64,000 nucleotides of DNA from a virus. Both the position numbers and the translations under genes were made by a program. Shown piece after piece: positions 1-10,900 of the stretch. Each line of letters starts with the position of its first letter. Within the stretch, counting starts at the first letter, position 1. The notes beneath the pieces are model-generated. The model was not told where the DNA came from. It searched no databases and saw only the letters and a program-made list of their open reading frames with translations. Where the stretch lies: IMG/VR virus record IMGVR_UViG_3300020411_000003. One strand, written 5' to 3'.

Positions 1-173
1 GCCGCAAGTTCATCTGGGTCAGGAGATTCTAAAAGATCTAGTGTCTCCAATCCACCGATGATTTTAATTCTATACTCTTTCAACTCATTTAGACTTTTTT
101 CTGTAGTAGAAATCTTAGTTTCAGTCTCAGATAATTGTCTGGTAAATTCTGAACGTATTTTAGCAGCTTCCAT
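1..173 (-). CDS. Conserved hypothetical coiled-coil protein, 3' end truncated by window start
   Basis: Manual translation from ATG at 173: MEAAKIRSEFTRQLSETETKISTTEKSLNELKEYRIKIIGGLETLDLL..., open to position 1. Late-promoter-like AATAAATA lies just upstream (193-200). Confidence 0.7.
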   Translation of the reverse strand, partial: MEAAKIRSEFTRQLSETETKISTTEKSLNELKEYRIKIIGGLETLDLLESPDPDELA

Positions 174-199
174 AATAAAAATGCATATAAACTATTTAT

Positions 200-3100
200 T
201 TAAGTCTTCATGATGTAGCATAGAGCATAGTACTTAGGCATAACGTTCAACGCAGATCCACCTCCAGTACCTGTGGTGGATCCAGATGTAGCTCCTGTGT
301 TAGTGCTGCTAACAGTACTTGTGCTTGGTGATGCACTACCAGTATTTCCACTACCAGCACCAGTGGTTCCACTTATGCTAACCGTTGTAGTATGAGTATG
401 GTCTTCACTAACTCCTAAAGTATCGAAGTAGTGTGCGTGAGTTCCTGCATCTCCAGTTGTAGCAGCAACGTTACCCATGTTAGCATTTACTGCCTCAGTG
501 TGATAGTCACCTGTGAATAAAGAACTGTGAGTAACATAACTGTGGTTATGAAGACCAGCATCAGATGTGTTTCCACTGTGATAATGGTTATCACTTTGTA
601 CTCCACTAGTTCCAGTTCCTGATCCACTGAATGAGTGAGTATGACTTCCAATACTGTGAGTATGACTTGATACAGTGTGACTGTGAGAAGGAAGTGAGTG
701 AGAGTGACTATTAACTGTATGAGTATGAGAAGGCATATTCGAAGTTGATATGCTTACAGTCTCAGAACCACCTGTATCACCAACACTATAACTGCTACCA
801 GCACCAAGAACAAATCTATCTCTTAAGTCAGGAGTACTGTTGTTACCATCACAAAGAACCCATCCAGAAGGAATATTAGATTGTGATCCAGACCACATTA
901 TGATACCACCAGAAGGGAATGCACTACCTTGTGAAGATCCAGTCTGTGCTTGATTAGTCCACTTACTAGATGCACTATCCCAAGCAAGAACATCATTATC
1001 ATTAGGAGAACCAGTAATATTAGTATCTGTTAAATCTCCAACAGCTAAATCAGGTGTAGGAGCATCAATCCATTCTAACTGAGGTGTTGCACCACCAGTA
1101 GTACTTAAAATCTGCCCAGCTTCACCAACCTCATCATCTTTATCTAAGAGACCACCATGAATCTTAACTACACCATCCCCAGTTTCAAATCTAAGTGTAT
1201 TTGCATAGTATAAAGCACATTCAGCACCTTGCACAAACCTTGCCATTGTTGTGGATACACTATCAAGTTGGATAGTGGTTCCACTACCAGGAATTCCTAT
1301 ATGGAAAGTACTATCAGCATAACTGTAGAGATACGTTGAACTATTATTATTTCTAATTTCAGTTCTCTTAGAGTTATTACCCACTAATAGGTAAGAATCA
1401 GAATCTGCGTTACCTATCTTAAGTTTGTTATTTGAGTTATCCCATGTTAGAGAAGCATCTCCACCAAAGGAATCAGAATCATTAAACTGTACATGTGTAT
1501 CAGAACCACCAGGATCTGTACTACCAGCACCAGCAGCATCTGCTTGGTTAGTCCACTTACTTGTAGCAGCATTCCACTTAAGTACCTGACCACTAGAAGG
1601 AGATCCAGTAATAACAACATCATTCAAATCTGCAATAACAGAAGATCCAGTTAGATAAGAACTTAGATCTGGTGGAGTATATTTGAATACACCATTAGCA
1701 TTATTATAAGAAATAGCACCAGTTCCAGAAGCAGTATTTGGTGATCCTACTGATATACTTCCAAGTGATATGAAAGTACTAAGGTCAGGAGGAGTATATG
1801 AGAATACACCAGTAGCATTGTTATAAGATAATGCTGCTGTACCTGCTGTGTTAGTGTTTACAGAAAGATCTGATAATGCAATACCACTTGCAGCAGCAAC
1901 CCAATCATAATCTGTACCATTCCAACTAAGAACTTCACCAGAAGAAGCAGTGCTCTTATTCAGATGAACATCAACAGCAGCATTGATAGTACCTGACAAT
2001 CCAGAAATAGATGCTCCACTGAAACTAATGGTAGCACTTTGGAAGTCTACAGAGGTTCCTGCTGCGTTAAGATTACCACCCGTATCAATATCAACACCAT
2101 CAGTAGTTGCAACCTTACCAGTAACATTTACACCCTGTGCAGAGTCTACAATATTTGATAGATGTTGTGTTTCATCAGTCTGTGCTTCCCATCTACCGTT
2201 AGTACCACTATATTTTAATACATCTCCATCAGATATAGTTCCAGTAGTTACATCAGTAAGATCATTTAGAGCAACAGAAGTTAAGTAACTACTTAAATCT
2301 TGAGGAGTAAATGAGAATACACCAGTGGAGTTGTTATATGACATTCCACCAGTAGAAGTTGCACCATTATTAGGACCAACAGAAAATGCTGTTAGGTCTG
2401 TACTTACAGCAGAAAGATCTGGAGGAGTATATGAGAATACACCAGTACCATTATTATATGATAATGCTGCTGTACCTGCTGCGTTAGTGGTTACAGAAAG
2501 ATCTGTTAGTGCAATACCAGAACCACTTGATGCTGTTTGGTCAGGAGCAGAAATCCATTTACTTGTACCAGAATCCCATTTTAATACATGTCCGTCTGTA
2601 GGGGTTCCAGTATTAACGTCAGCAAGATCATTAATATTTGAACTAGCAAGACTTATTGAAGTTAGATATGTATTACTATCAACAGAACCATCTGCTTTTA
2701 AGAATTGAGATGATGTTCCACTTGTCTTGACAAATTTGTTACCAGTTATATCACCAGTAGATCCATCGATGGTTGCTCTCCATACGTTAGTAGCAAGGTT
2801 ACCAATGGATAAACCAATACCATCAGCAGTATTGATTCCAACACCCTGAGTAGCATTTAAACTAATAGCATAGTTTCCATTATTCTGTACATCCAACCTA
2901 CCAGGATTACCAGATGATCCTGCAAATGTAGCGTTGCTGGTTGTAATACCACCTCTTCCAACTACATCATTAAGGGTATCTGTTTCGGTATATCCAGTTA
3001 GATAACCACTTAGATCTGGTGGAGTGTATGTGAATACACCAGTAGAATTATCATAGGCAACTCCACCACCACCTGAAGCAGCAGCATTAGAACCTACAGA

Positions 3101-4720
3101 AAGATCTGTCAATCCAATTCCAGCAGCAGTACCAGTAATAGTAAGTGATCCAGTTCCACCACCTTGTCCGAAGGTGATTCCAGTACCAGCTATAAGATTT
3201 AATGTGTATGGAGTACCAGCACCATTATTTGTATAGATTATTTGAGATGTAGTTGCATTAGCATGGTTAAATGCAAGACTATTATCTGCTGCTGGTGTAA
3301 ATGTAAATTGACCAGTTAAATTATTATATGCTAATCCACCATTACCACTAGGTGAACCTTCAGTACCTACACTAAGATCTCCTAATGCAATACCACCACC
3401 AGAACCACCACTGTCAAGAGCATTAACCCATGAACTACCATCCCATTTTAAAATCTGATTGGTCTGTATAGAACTGATATTAACATTACTAATATTCTCT
3501 AGAGTTCTAGTTTTCCACTCTACAGTAGTTCCATTCGAAGTTAATACCTGATCTGCTGTACCTTTTGATCCAGTACTATCTTTTAAACCAGCATTAGGAT
3601 AGAAGTATAAACAAGAATTTGCTTTCTCCCATTTAAGATCATAGTTATTAGCACCTTTGAATACAACATCGCCATCGACTGTTAATTCATCAGTAGTGAG
3701 CTTACCAGAAATATCTGCACCAATAGAAGAGGTCGAAATTCTAGTGCTACTACCATGATAAAGTTGAACAGGTCCACCATCAATGAATGTAATAAAGGTA
3801 TCACTTGGAGTAGACTTTGGTCTGAAAATCATCTGATCAGACTCAAGGAATGAAGTTACAATACCTGTATTTCCATCATAATATATTTGAAGATCGTCAT
3901 GCGCTCCAAATTTTAACCTATTATTAGTTGCACCAGAACTATCACCAAATTCAATAATCTTACTATTAACATCAAGATTACCACCAAGTTGAGGTGTGAG
4001 GTCGTCAACTATATTAATAGCAGCAGCACCACTATCATCAGCAATAACAAATTTAGATACTGAAGCATCATATTTAAGTATCTTACCATCTGCTACTCCA
4101 GTTGTATCAACATCACTATGATCATCAATACTATGAGTTGGTAATGATGTTATAAAGCTTGATAAATCTGGTGGAGTATATGATAGTACACCTGTACTAT
4201 TATTGTATGAAAGACCTGCTGTTCCTGCTGATTGAGTAGATACAGAAAGATCTGATAATGTTATAAAGTTGCTAACATCAGATGGTGTGTAAGTAAATAT
4301 ACCAGTAACATTATTATAACTTAAACTTGAATTACCAGGAGAATTATTAGTTACCTGTATATCGGTAAGAGCAATTCTTGATGATAAATTATCTGTGACT
4401 ACACTATAGTTACCAGAACCATCAGTTTTCATCAGACCAGCACTAGGGAAGTCTGCATCCTGAATAGCATCACCAATTGATGTAATAAAATTACTTAAAT
4501 CAGGTGGTGTATATGTGATTGTACCAGTAGAGTTATCATATACTAAGTTACCTCCAGCAGATGCTGAATTGACAACAGCACTGATATCTGTCAGAGTAAT
4601 GTAAGTCGCATTCAGACCAATCTGAGTACCACTAAAAGTATGGAGGTCGTAACCTATCTGATTAATCTTCTGCCTTTGTACCTCAAAGGTATCGGACTTA
4701 TTTACTATGACTTGTGCCAT
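200..4720 (-). CDS. Long tail fibre protein with YTPPDLS repeats, C-terminal tail-collar domain and His-rich tip
   Basis: 1506 aa with about 9 (Y/F)TP(P/S/Q/A)D repeats and about 7 L-x-D-V...LKW/YD repeats. Collar motif FPSGGIIMWSG...GWVLCDG...PDLRDRFVLGAG, many HxH motifs, and terminal YALCYIMKT. Confidence 0.9.
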   Translation of the reverse strand: MAQVIVNKSDTFEVQRQKINQIGYDLHTFSGTQIGLNATYITLTDISAVVNSASAGGNLVYDNSTGTITYTPPDLSNFITSIGDAIQDADFPSAGLMKTDGSGNYSVVTDNLSSRIALTDIQVTNNSPGNSSLSYNNVTGIFTYTPSDVSNFITLSDLSVSTQSAGTAGLSYNNSTGVLSYTPPDLSSFITSLPTHSIDDHSDVDTTGVADGKILKYDASVSKFVIADDSGAAAINIVDDLTPQLGGNLDVNSKIIEFGDSSGATNNRLKFGAHDDLQIYYDGNTGIVTSFLESDQMIFRPKSTPSDTFITFIDGGPVQLYHGSSTRISTSSIGADISGKLTTDELTVDGDVVFKGANNYDLKWEKANSCLYFYPNAGLKDSTGSKGTADQVLTSNGTTVEWKTRTLENISNVNISSIQTNQILKWDGSSWVNALDSGGSGGGIALGDLSVGTEGSPSGNGGLAYNNLTGQFTFTPAADNSLAFNHANATTSQIIYTNNGAGTPYTLNLIAGTGITFGQGGGTGSLTITGTAAGIGLTDLSVGSNAAASGGGGVAYDNSTGVFTYTPPDLSGYLTGYTETDTLNDVVGRGGITTSNATFAGSSGNPGRLDVQNNGNYAISLNATQGVGINTADGIGLSIGNLATNVWRATIDGSTGDITGNKFVKTSGTSSQFLKADGSVDSNTYLTSISLASSNINDLADVNTGTPTDGHVLKWDSGTSKWISAPDQTASSGSGIALTDLSVTTNAAGTAALSYNNGTGVFSYTPPDLSAVSTDLTAFSVGPNNGATSTGGMSYNNSTGVFSFTPQDLSSYLTSVALNDLTDVTTGTISDGDVLKYSGTNGRWEAQTDETQHLSNIVDSAQGVNVTGKVATTDGVDIDTGGNLNAAGTSVDFQSATISFSGASISGLSGTINAAVDVHLNKSTASSGEVLSWNGTDYDWVAAASGIALSDLSVNTNTAGTAALSYNNATGVFSYTPPDLSTFISLGSISVGSPNTASGTGAISYNNANGVFKYTPPDLSSYLTGSSVIADLNDVVITGSPSSGQVLKWNAATSKWTNQADAAGAGSTDPGGSDTHVQFNDSDSFGGDASLTWDNSNNKLKIGNADSDSYLLVGNNSKRTEIRNNNSSTYLYSYADSTFHIGIPGSGTTIQLDSVSTTMARFVQGAECALYYANTLRFETGDGVVKIHGGLLDKDDEVGEAGQILSTTGGATPQLEWIDAPTPDLAVGDLTDTNITGSPNDNDVLAWDSASSKWTNQAQTGSSQGSAFPSGGIIMWSGSQSNIPSGWVLCDGNNSTPDLRDRFVLGAGSSYSVGDTGGSETVSISTSNMPSHTHTVNSHSHSLPSHSHTVSSHTHSIGSHTHSFSGSGTGTSGVQSDNHYHSGNTSDAGLHNHSYVTHSSLFTGDYHTEAVNANMGNVAATTGDAGTHAHYFDTLGVSEDHTHTTTVSISGTTGAGSGNTGSASPSTSTVSSTNTGATSGSTTGTGGGSALNVMPKYYALCYIMKT

Positions 4721-4919
4721 TACTTTCTATCAATTGTTTTAGTAGGGTCTTGAGTTCACTAAGTTCACTTTTAACATAGTCCAATTCATACTCCATACTC
4801 CTTTGTTTGTTTCTGGATGCTTTATATTTGGCAAATGAAGACCTATCGGTATTTATTATTGCACCTGTATTTACATCACGATATAAATGATCTTGATCCT
4901 TAACCTTTAGACTATCCAT
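4698..4919 (-). CDS. Conserved cyanophage hypothetical protein (73 aa)
   Basis: LYRDVNTGAIINTD motif plus coiled-coil tail. ATG overlaps the stop of the upstream gene (TAATG). Confidence 0.8.
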   Translation of the reverse strand: MDSLKVKDQDHLYRDVNTGAIINTDRSSFAKYKASRNKQRSMEYELDYVKSELSELKTLLKQLIESNGTSHSK

Positions 4920-7900
4920 TAATATGAAGCAACTGCCCTCATATCCTGAATCTTAGGAACAAACGCAGGGTTATTAGATTTCATAACAATCTTAACTGCA
5001 TAAGAAGAGAATTCTGGTAGATTCTCTATGCTGTAAGATAGTTCTTGATATGATGATTGTTTCTCTGTAATACCACTAATAGCATTTTCAGATGAAGCAA
5101 CAGTATCAACATCAGGTTCACCTGATTCATTAAAGTATATCCATTCAATATCTTCGAAGTTCTCTTGTGAGGAAGACTTCTTGATCTTATAAAGAATTTG
5201 TAAGTTCTTAGTATCAGTTACATTAGCAGTAAGTTTTACATCAATGGAAGTAGCAGGATTTTCAATAGCAATTTCTTTAGTCACATACTTAGCAATTCCA
5301 GAACTATTCTTAGATTCTGTCTCAGAAATATAATCAACACCATTAGAATATGATACTGTTGCAATTTCAATGAAACTTGCCTCATCAACTGGTTGATTTG
5401 GATATGAAATCAAATCACCAACTCTAAAGATATCATTCAACTGATCATCTACATTAGCATTTCTATCAAAACTACTACTATCAATAAGTCTTCCAGTATA
5501 ATCATTATTAATTGGTTGCTTATCATTAACTGTAGTTAATTCACCAGACTTAGTATTCCACAATACTATCTTACCAGAAATCTTATTGTCGTATGTCTGA
5601 GCAACAACAGATGGATTTCTTGCAGTAACGTATGTTGGAGGTGTAGTAGTATTTGGAATATCAAAAGTAAACTTAGTAAGACCTGTTGTACCAACAGTAA
5701 TAGTACCAGCAAATGTCTGACCACTGAATGTTACAGTCTCACCAGCAACAAAGGTGTTGACTGTAGTAACTTTAACATAAACTGTACTTCCATTTACTTT
5801 AACAATAGAACCTTCTGCCTTAGAAGTAACTCCAACAAGGGTCTGATTAGTATTAATAACTTCAGCACCTTGAAGACCAGATGCAGTGAATGAAAATACT
5901 GGTAAGAAAGTTACAACTTGATTTCTTCTACCATAACGATCTTCAGAACCTGAAGCAGATTCAACACGGTTACTAATAGTTTTAACTGATGCTCTAGACA
6001 AATCAATCACTGGACTCAAATGAGACACAGTAGACGATAGATCTAATTTATATGATAATGAATTATCAATACCATTAGCAGTTTCGTTAATCTTAGAAGC
6101 AACAATCTTCTGATTAATGAAATAGAAGTCTTCGTTTAAGAAAGTCTTCTCATAATCAGTCTGTGAATATGAGGTGAAAGTATTAACGTTATCATCTACA
6201 GGAGAAACATTTGTTGTTTTAACGAAACTATCAATCTTAGTTTGACTGAATGTTAAGTTTGCTATAGAAGCGTATACTTTTTCAAACTTTCTATTGTATG
6301 TTGCTAGTACACTTGTACCACCACCAAAGGAATTACCAGATGCTCTAGTAGATCCAGTGATATTGTAATAGTCAACACCAGTGTTAGAAACCTTATAAAG
6401 ATTGCTATTAAGTGAGGAAGCAGTTACACCACCAACATCATCTGCATTCTTGAAGTAAACCCATGACTTATCAAGATCAAATCCATTATCTCTATGGTTA
6501 ACTTTAACAATGTAATTGTTATTCTTAAACAATGTTGATGTAGCAGTAGTATTTGCTTCTGCATTAGTTTCAATAGGATGATGATCAAGTGGTTCAAATC
6601 CTAGAACATCATTGGATAGTAAGAGACTTGCAGTTCTACTAATATCAAATTCTGCACGATTCAATACAAACTTAATATCTTCAAATAGATCTTCTGTCCA
6701 AGCATTAGTATTCTGAGACTTGAATAGAGAACCTAAAGCAGGTTGTGTTGTAACAATTTGACTAGTAGCAACTTCAACTCCACCTAATGTAGATGCCCAC
6801 ATCTCATAATCAATAGAATCTGTTTCAATAGCAAGAGCATATTCTTGATCATTCTCAAGATATACAGGGAAGTCAAATGCAAACTTAGTAGGAGTTATAG
6901 ATTGTGTCTCTCCATCAACATCAATAGCGATACCCATTCTTACTGCTGGAGTATCAATAGTAATTTCAGATTCAATTATTGCACCAGCATTACCTGATCC
7001 TGTTCCTCTGAGGACAATGGATGGAGGTTCGGTATATCCTGAACCAGCAAGGGATATTTCTGCATCATAAACAAGACCTTGCGAAACTCTAACTGTAGCA
7101 GTAGCATTACCACCACCAGGAAGTTGAGGACTTTCAATTGTGATAATTGCAGATTCATAACCACTACCTGTGTTAGAAACGTTTAATCCAGTTACACGAC
7201 CAGAATCCTTAGCAATAGTAAGTGTGAATTGTGTATTATTAGCATTATTAGATTGTGTAATAGATGTAACATCTAATAGTTCATCTTGAACAAAACTCTT
7301 ACCATTGTTATTATCTAATACAACTGTATATACTTGATCATTTGTTAATGTAAATGTACCTGTTGTACTAGCAACTAATTCAATATTGTTCTTATCAATA
7401 ACTTTACTAATAGGACCAGAAGCATTAGATTTAGATCCTGTTACATTTTCACCCTTACTAATCGTAAGTGTATCACTTGCGACTACTTTTAAGAATGTCT
7501 CAGGTGTCAATACTTTCTGTGTGCCAGGAATAATATTCTTACCTGGTTTACCACTAACAACATCAGTTAGATAAACTCTTAATGGAATATTATCACTCTT
7601 CTTATTGAAGAAGAGATCCAAACTTGTTACAAATACACCACCATCAAATCCATCAACTTTAAATGTCTGAGCGAATGGATTAGGTCTAATTGGATTCTCA
7701 GTATTGCTATCCACAACCTGTGTACCTTCATTCGCTTTAAAGAATGAAGGTCTTGTAGATACAATAGAAGAAGGATTCTCTGGAACTATACCTGTAGCAT
7801 AGAACTTAACTTCAGCAAATGTTTCTACTTCATCAGTAGCAGCATCAGTAGAACTTGATGTAAATCTAATAGTCTTAACACCTGTGCTGAATCTTAATTC

Positions 7901-10900
7901 ATCAGCATCTGTATCATATGATACAGTATCAACACTTCCAGACCATACAGCATTCTCTCTAGGTGGTATTCCAGCAGGTACTAAGATAATACCACTAGCA
8001 TTACCATTATTATCTGTAGTAATAGTACCATTGAATGCAGATAGAGAGTTTCCTGCAATACCAGTATACTTAAGATCAGGATTAACCCATCTAGCAATAT
8101 CTCTGCCTTCCATAAAGACATAGACTCTAGTATTTGGTTTTAATCTATTGATCTTAAACTTAACAGGAATACTTCTAGCAAAGTAAGATAGAGATGTAAC
8201 AACAACATTAGATCCTACACCCTTAGTTACTAATCCCTTACCAACTTCATTATTCTGTGGACTAATATTTGAAGATGTTCCTACAGTAGCAGTAGCAACA
8301 TTAGAATCAGCAATATTAGAATTAACTTCTGCAAAAGATCCAATATTATAAAATGCTTGGTTAGCACCAATCCAATTAACCTTATATGAATTGTAAAGAC
8401 TTGAGAATGCTTCCTTCAAGTTTTCCTTAGCAAGGAAAATAGAATATAGATTAGTATTATTATCTGTTACCAAAGGTTCTACACTATCATCATACCAAGA
8501 ATCTACGTTAGGTCCAATAAAGGAATCACCAACATATTGAAGAACAACAAATGGATTAGGATTAACTGTCTTAGTAGCAAAGTCATTTCCTAACAGTTCT
8601 AATTCTGTATATGGTAGAGTAACTATATCACCAGTCTTCTGATAACCAGCAACAGATCTTTGATCATCTCTAGTATTAATTTCAACTAGATCAATAGAAT
8701 CTTCTTTTGCTTGAGGACGTAATACAGACTGTTGTGTATCAACAGCACACTTGTAATCAATTGATTTAAGAGATCCAATCCTATGAGTCTCAAAATTGTC
8801 TACAATGAAACCACTCTTAAAGCGATTAACACCACTAGCATCTGTAATCTGCATATTAAGAGCTTGTTGCTCAAGAATGCTTAACGTAGTGTAATATTCC
8901 AGTCTCTCAATACGCTTCTCTAACTTACCGATATCACGCATTGTATAACGACGATTATCGACAGGAGTAATCCTTACATCCTTACCTGTTTGTGTGAATG
9001 CAGGAATGTACATATAGTACAATGCAATAGCATCACTAATAACATCAGGTTTAGATGGGTTAAGTGAAGAGTTACCTTGTTTAATAATAAATTGACCCTT
9101 CTTATTCAAGAACAATCCATCAATCCTATCAAGGTATTGTGTCTGTGTGAATGAGAAAGTATATTCAAGATTTGAATCAGGAGCAGGAGTACTAGAAACA
9201 ATACCACCTGTACCTGTAAATGATCTACTATTAGGTGAAGATAATAATGATGTATTTTGGAATCCACCAATGATTGCATCATTATCAACTTTAGGTCTAA
9301 AGTCTAATACATCTTTAAGAGATACTTTACCTAATACAGGTGAGTTGAATGAAGGAATCTCTTCAGGACCAACACCTGCTTCATGTAAATAAGAATCAAC
9401 AGTAATGAAATCACCAGAAGTATGATCGAAGTAATCGAAAGCAATTACTAACTGACCTGTTGGTGCTTCAAAACCTGGTTTAATAACAAGTCTAGAGATA
9501 TCATATATTGTATCTCTTTGACCATCGTCAAATGTAAATCTATTAGTAACATCAGTACCAGTAACAAGGTTACCTGCTTTATCTACTACAGGAGGTGTAG
9601 ATGAAGAACCTTCATAAACATACCTTAAATTAAATGCATCAGCATAACTGTATACATCTAATGACTCAGTATCATAGTCTCTACCTCTGAAAGGTATAAC
9701 TTTATCACCAGCAGACTCAACAATAATTCTCTTATTTAAGTTTGCTGTCTTAAGTCTTGGTTTTGCCTTAGTAACTTCTAAGGTAGCAGTTAATTTTAAT
9801 GTAGGATATGTTGTATATGATGCAGATCCAAAATAGTTTGCAGGTAGATTCAACTTAACACTACCAGATGTCAAACCACTAGCAGCATCAGTAGATGCCT
9901 TTATCTCAACTTGATCTGAAGTAATATAAACTACATCACCAGCAGCAACGTCAGGAGCATCACCTGGATCAAGGATTGTGATTAAGAAGTTGCTTTCACT
10001 AAATGATACAAATCTTTGAGTTCCAAATGGGAGTTGAGCAGCAAAAGTAATAGAACCAGAACCACCAGAACCAGTAGATATAAAGTCTCTTCTGAGATAG
10101 TAGGTAATCTTGGAATCATCAGCAGTTGCAACTATAGAACTTATCTGATTAGAACCAGTCTTATAAAGAAGAGTTCCCTGATTAAAGTTCTCGATAGATG
10201 GTCTTACTCTAACAACACTTGCATTAGTAACATCATTAGGTAATGACCTATCTAAGTAAATTCTTGATTTATATACACCAGCAGGTTTAGTAGACTGTTG
10301 TACAACACCTCTTACAAGATTTCCAGAATCATCTGTAAACTGAACCAAATCTCCATGTATAACAAATGTGGTAGAGTCTCCACCAAATCCTGTACATTCA
10401 ATATACTTTCTACCCTTACCTCCACTAAAAGTAAAGTCAGTTACAGAAACAATCTCAGCATACTTCTCTTTGTTAATTTCAATGTCTGCTGTAAATGTAT
10501 TAGAATTACCAGATCCAAATTGAGAGTAGAATGACTTAACATTCTGTGGTGTATATGTTGTAACAGCATTTCTTACTAGAACAGGTACAACAACTGCTTG
10601 TGCAGTAGCACCACTGTCAACAATTTCAACTAAAGGTGGTTGAGAGTATTCAACTTGAGCAGAATCTCTATCAACAATTTCCACCTTATAAACTAACTGA
10701 TCTCCACTAACATTAACAAGTATTTTAGAGTTATCATACTCAACACCATCAATTCTAATTGTTGCACTAGTAGAATGATTTGCTCCTCTGTTAGTAACAA
10801 CAAAGTGAGAGATAGTATTGTCTTTTGCAATCCTTAATGTATTACCAGATTCATCAGCAATAACTTCACCACTCTTAAATACACCAAATAACCCTTTAAC

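Noticed and set aside
200-4720. Diversity-generating retroelement target in the fibre gene
   Set aside because: The near-identical repeats are both in-frame coding, mismatches are not adenine-specific, and there is no reverse transcriptase in the window.
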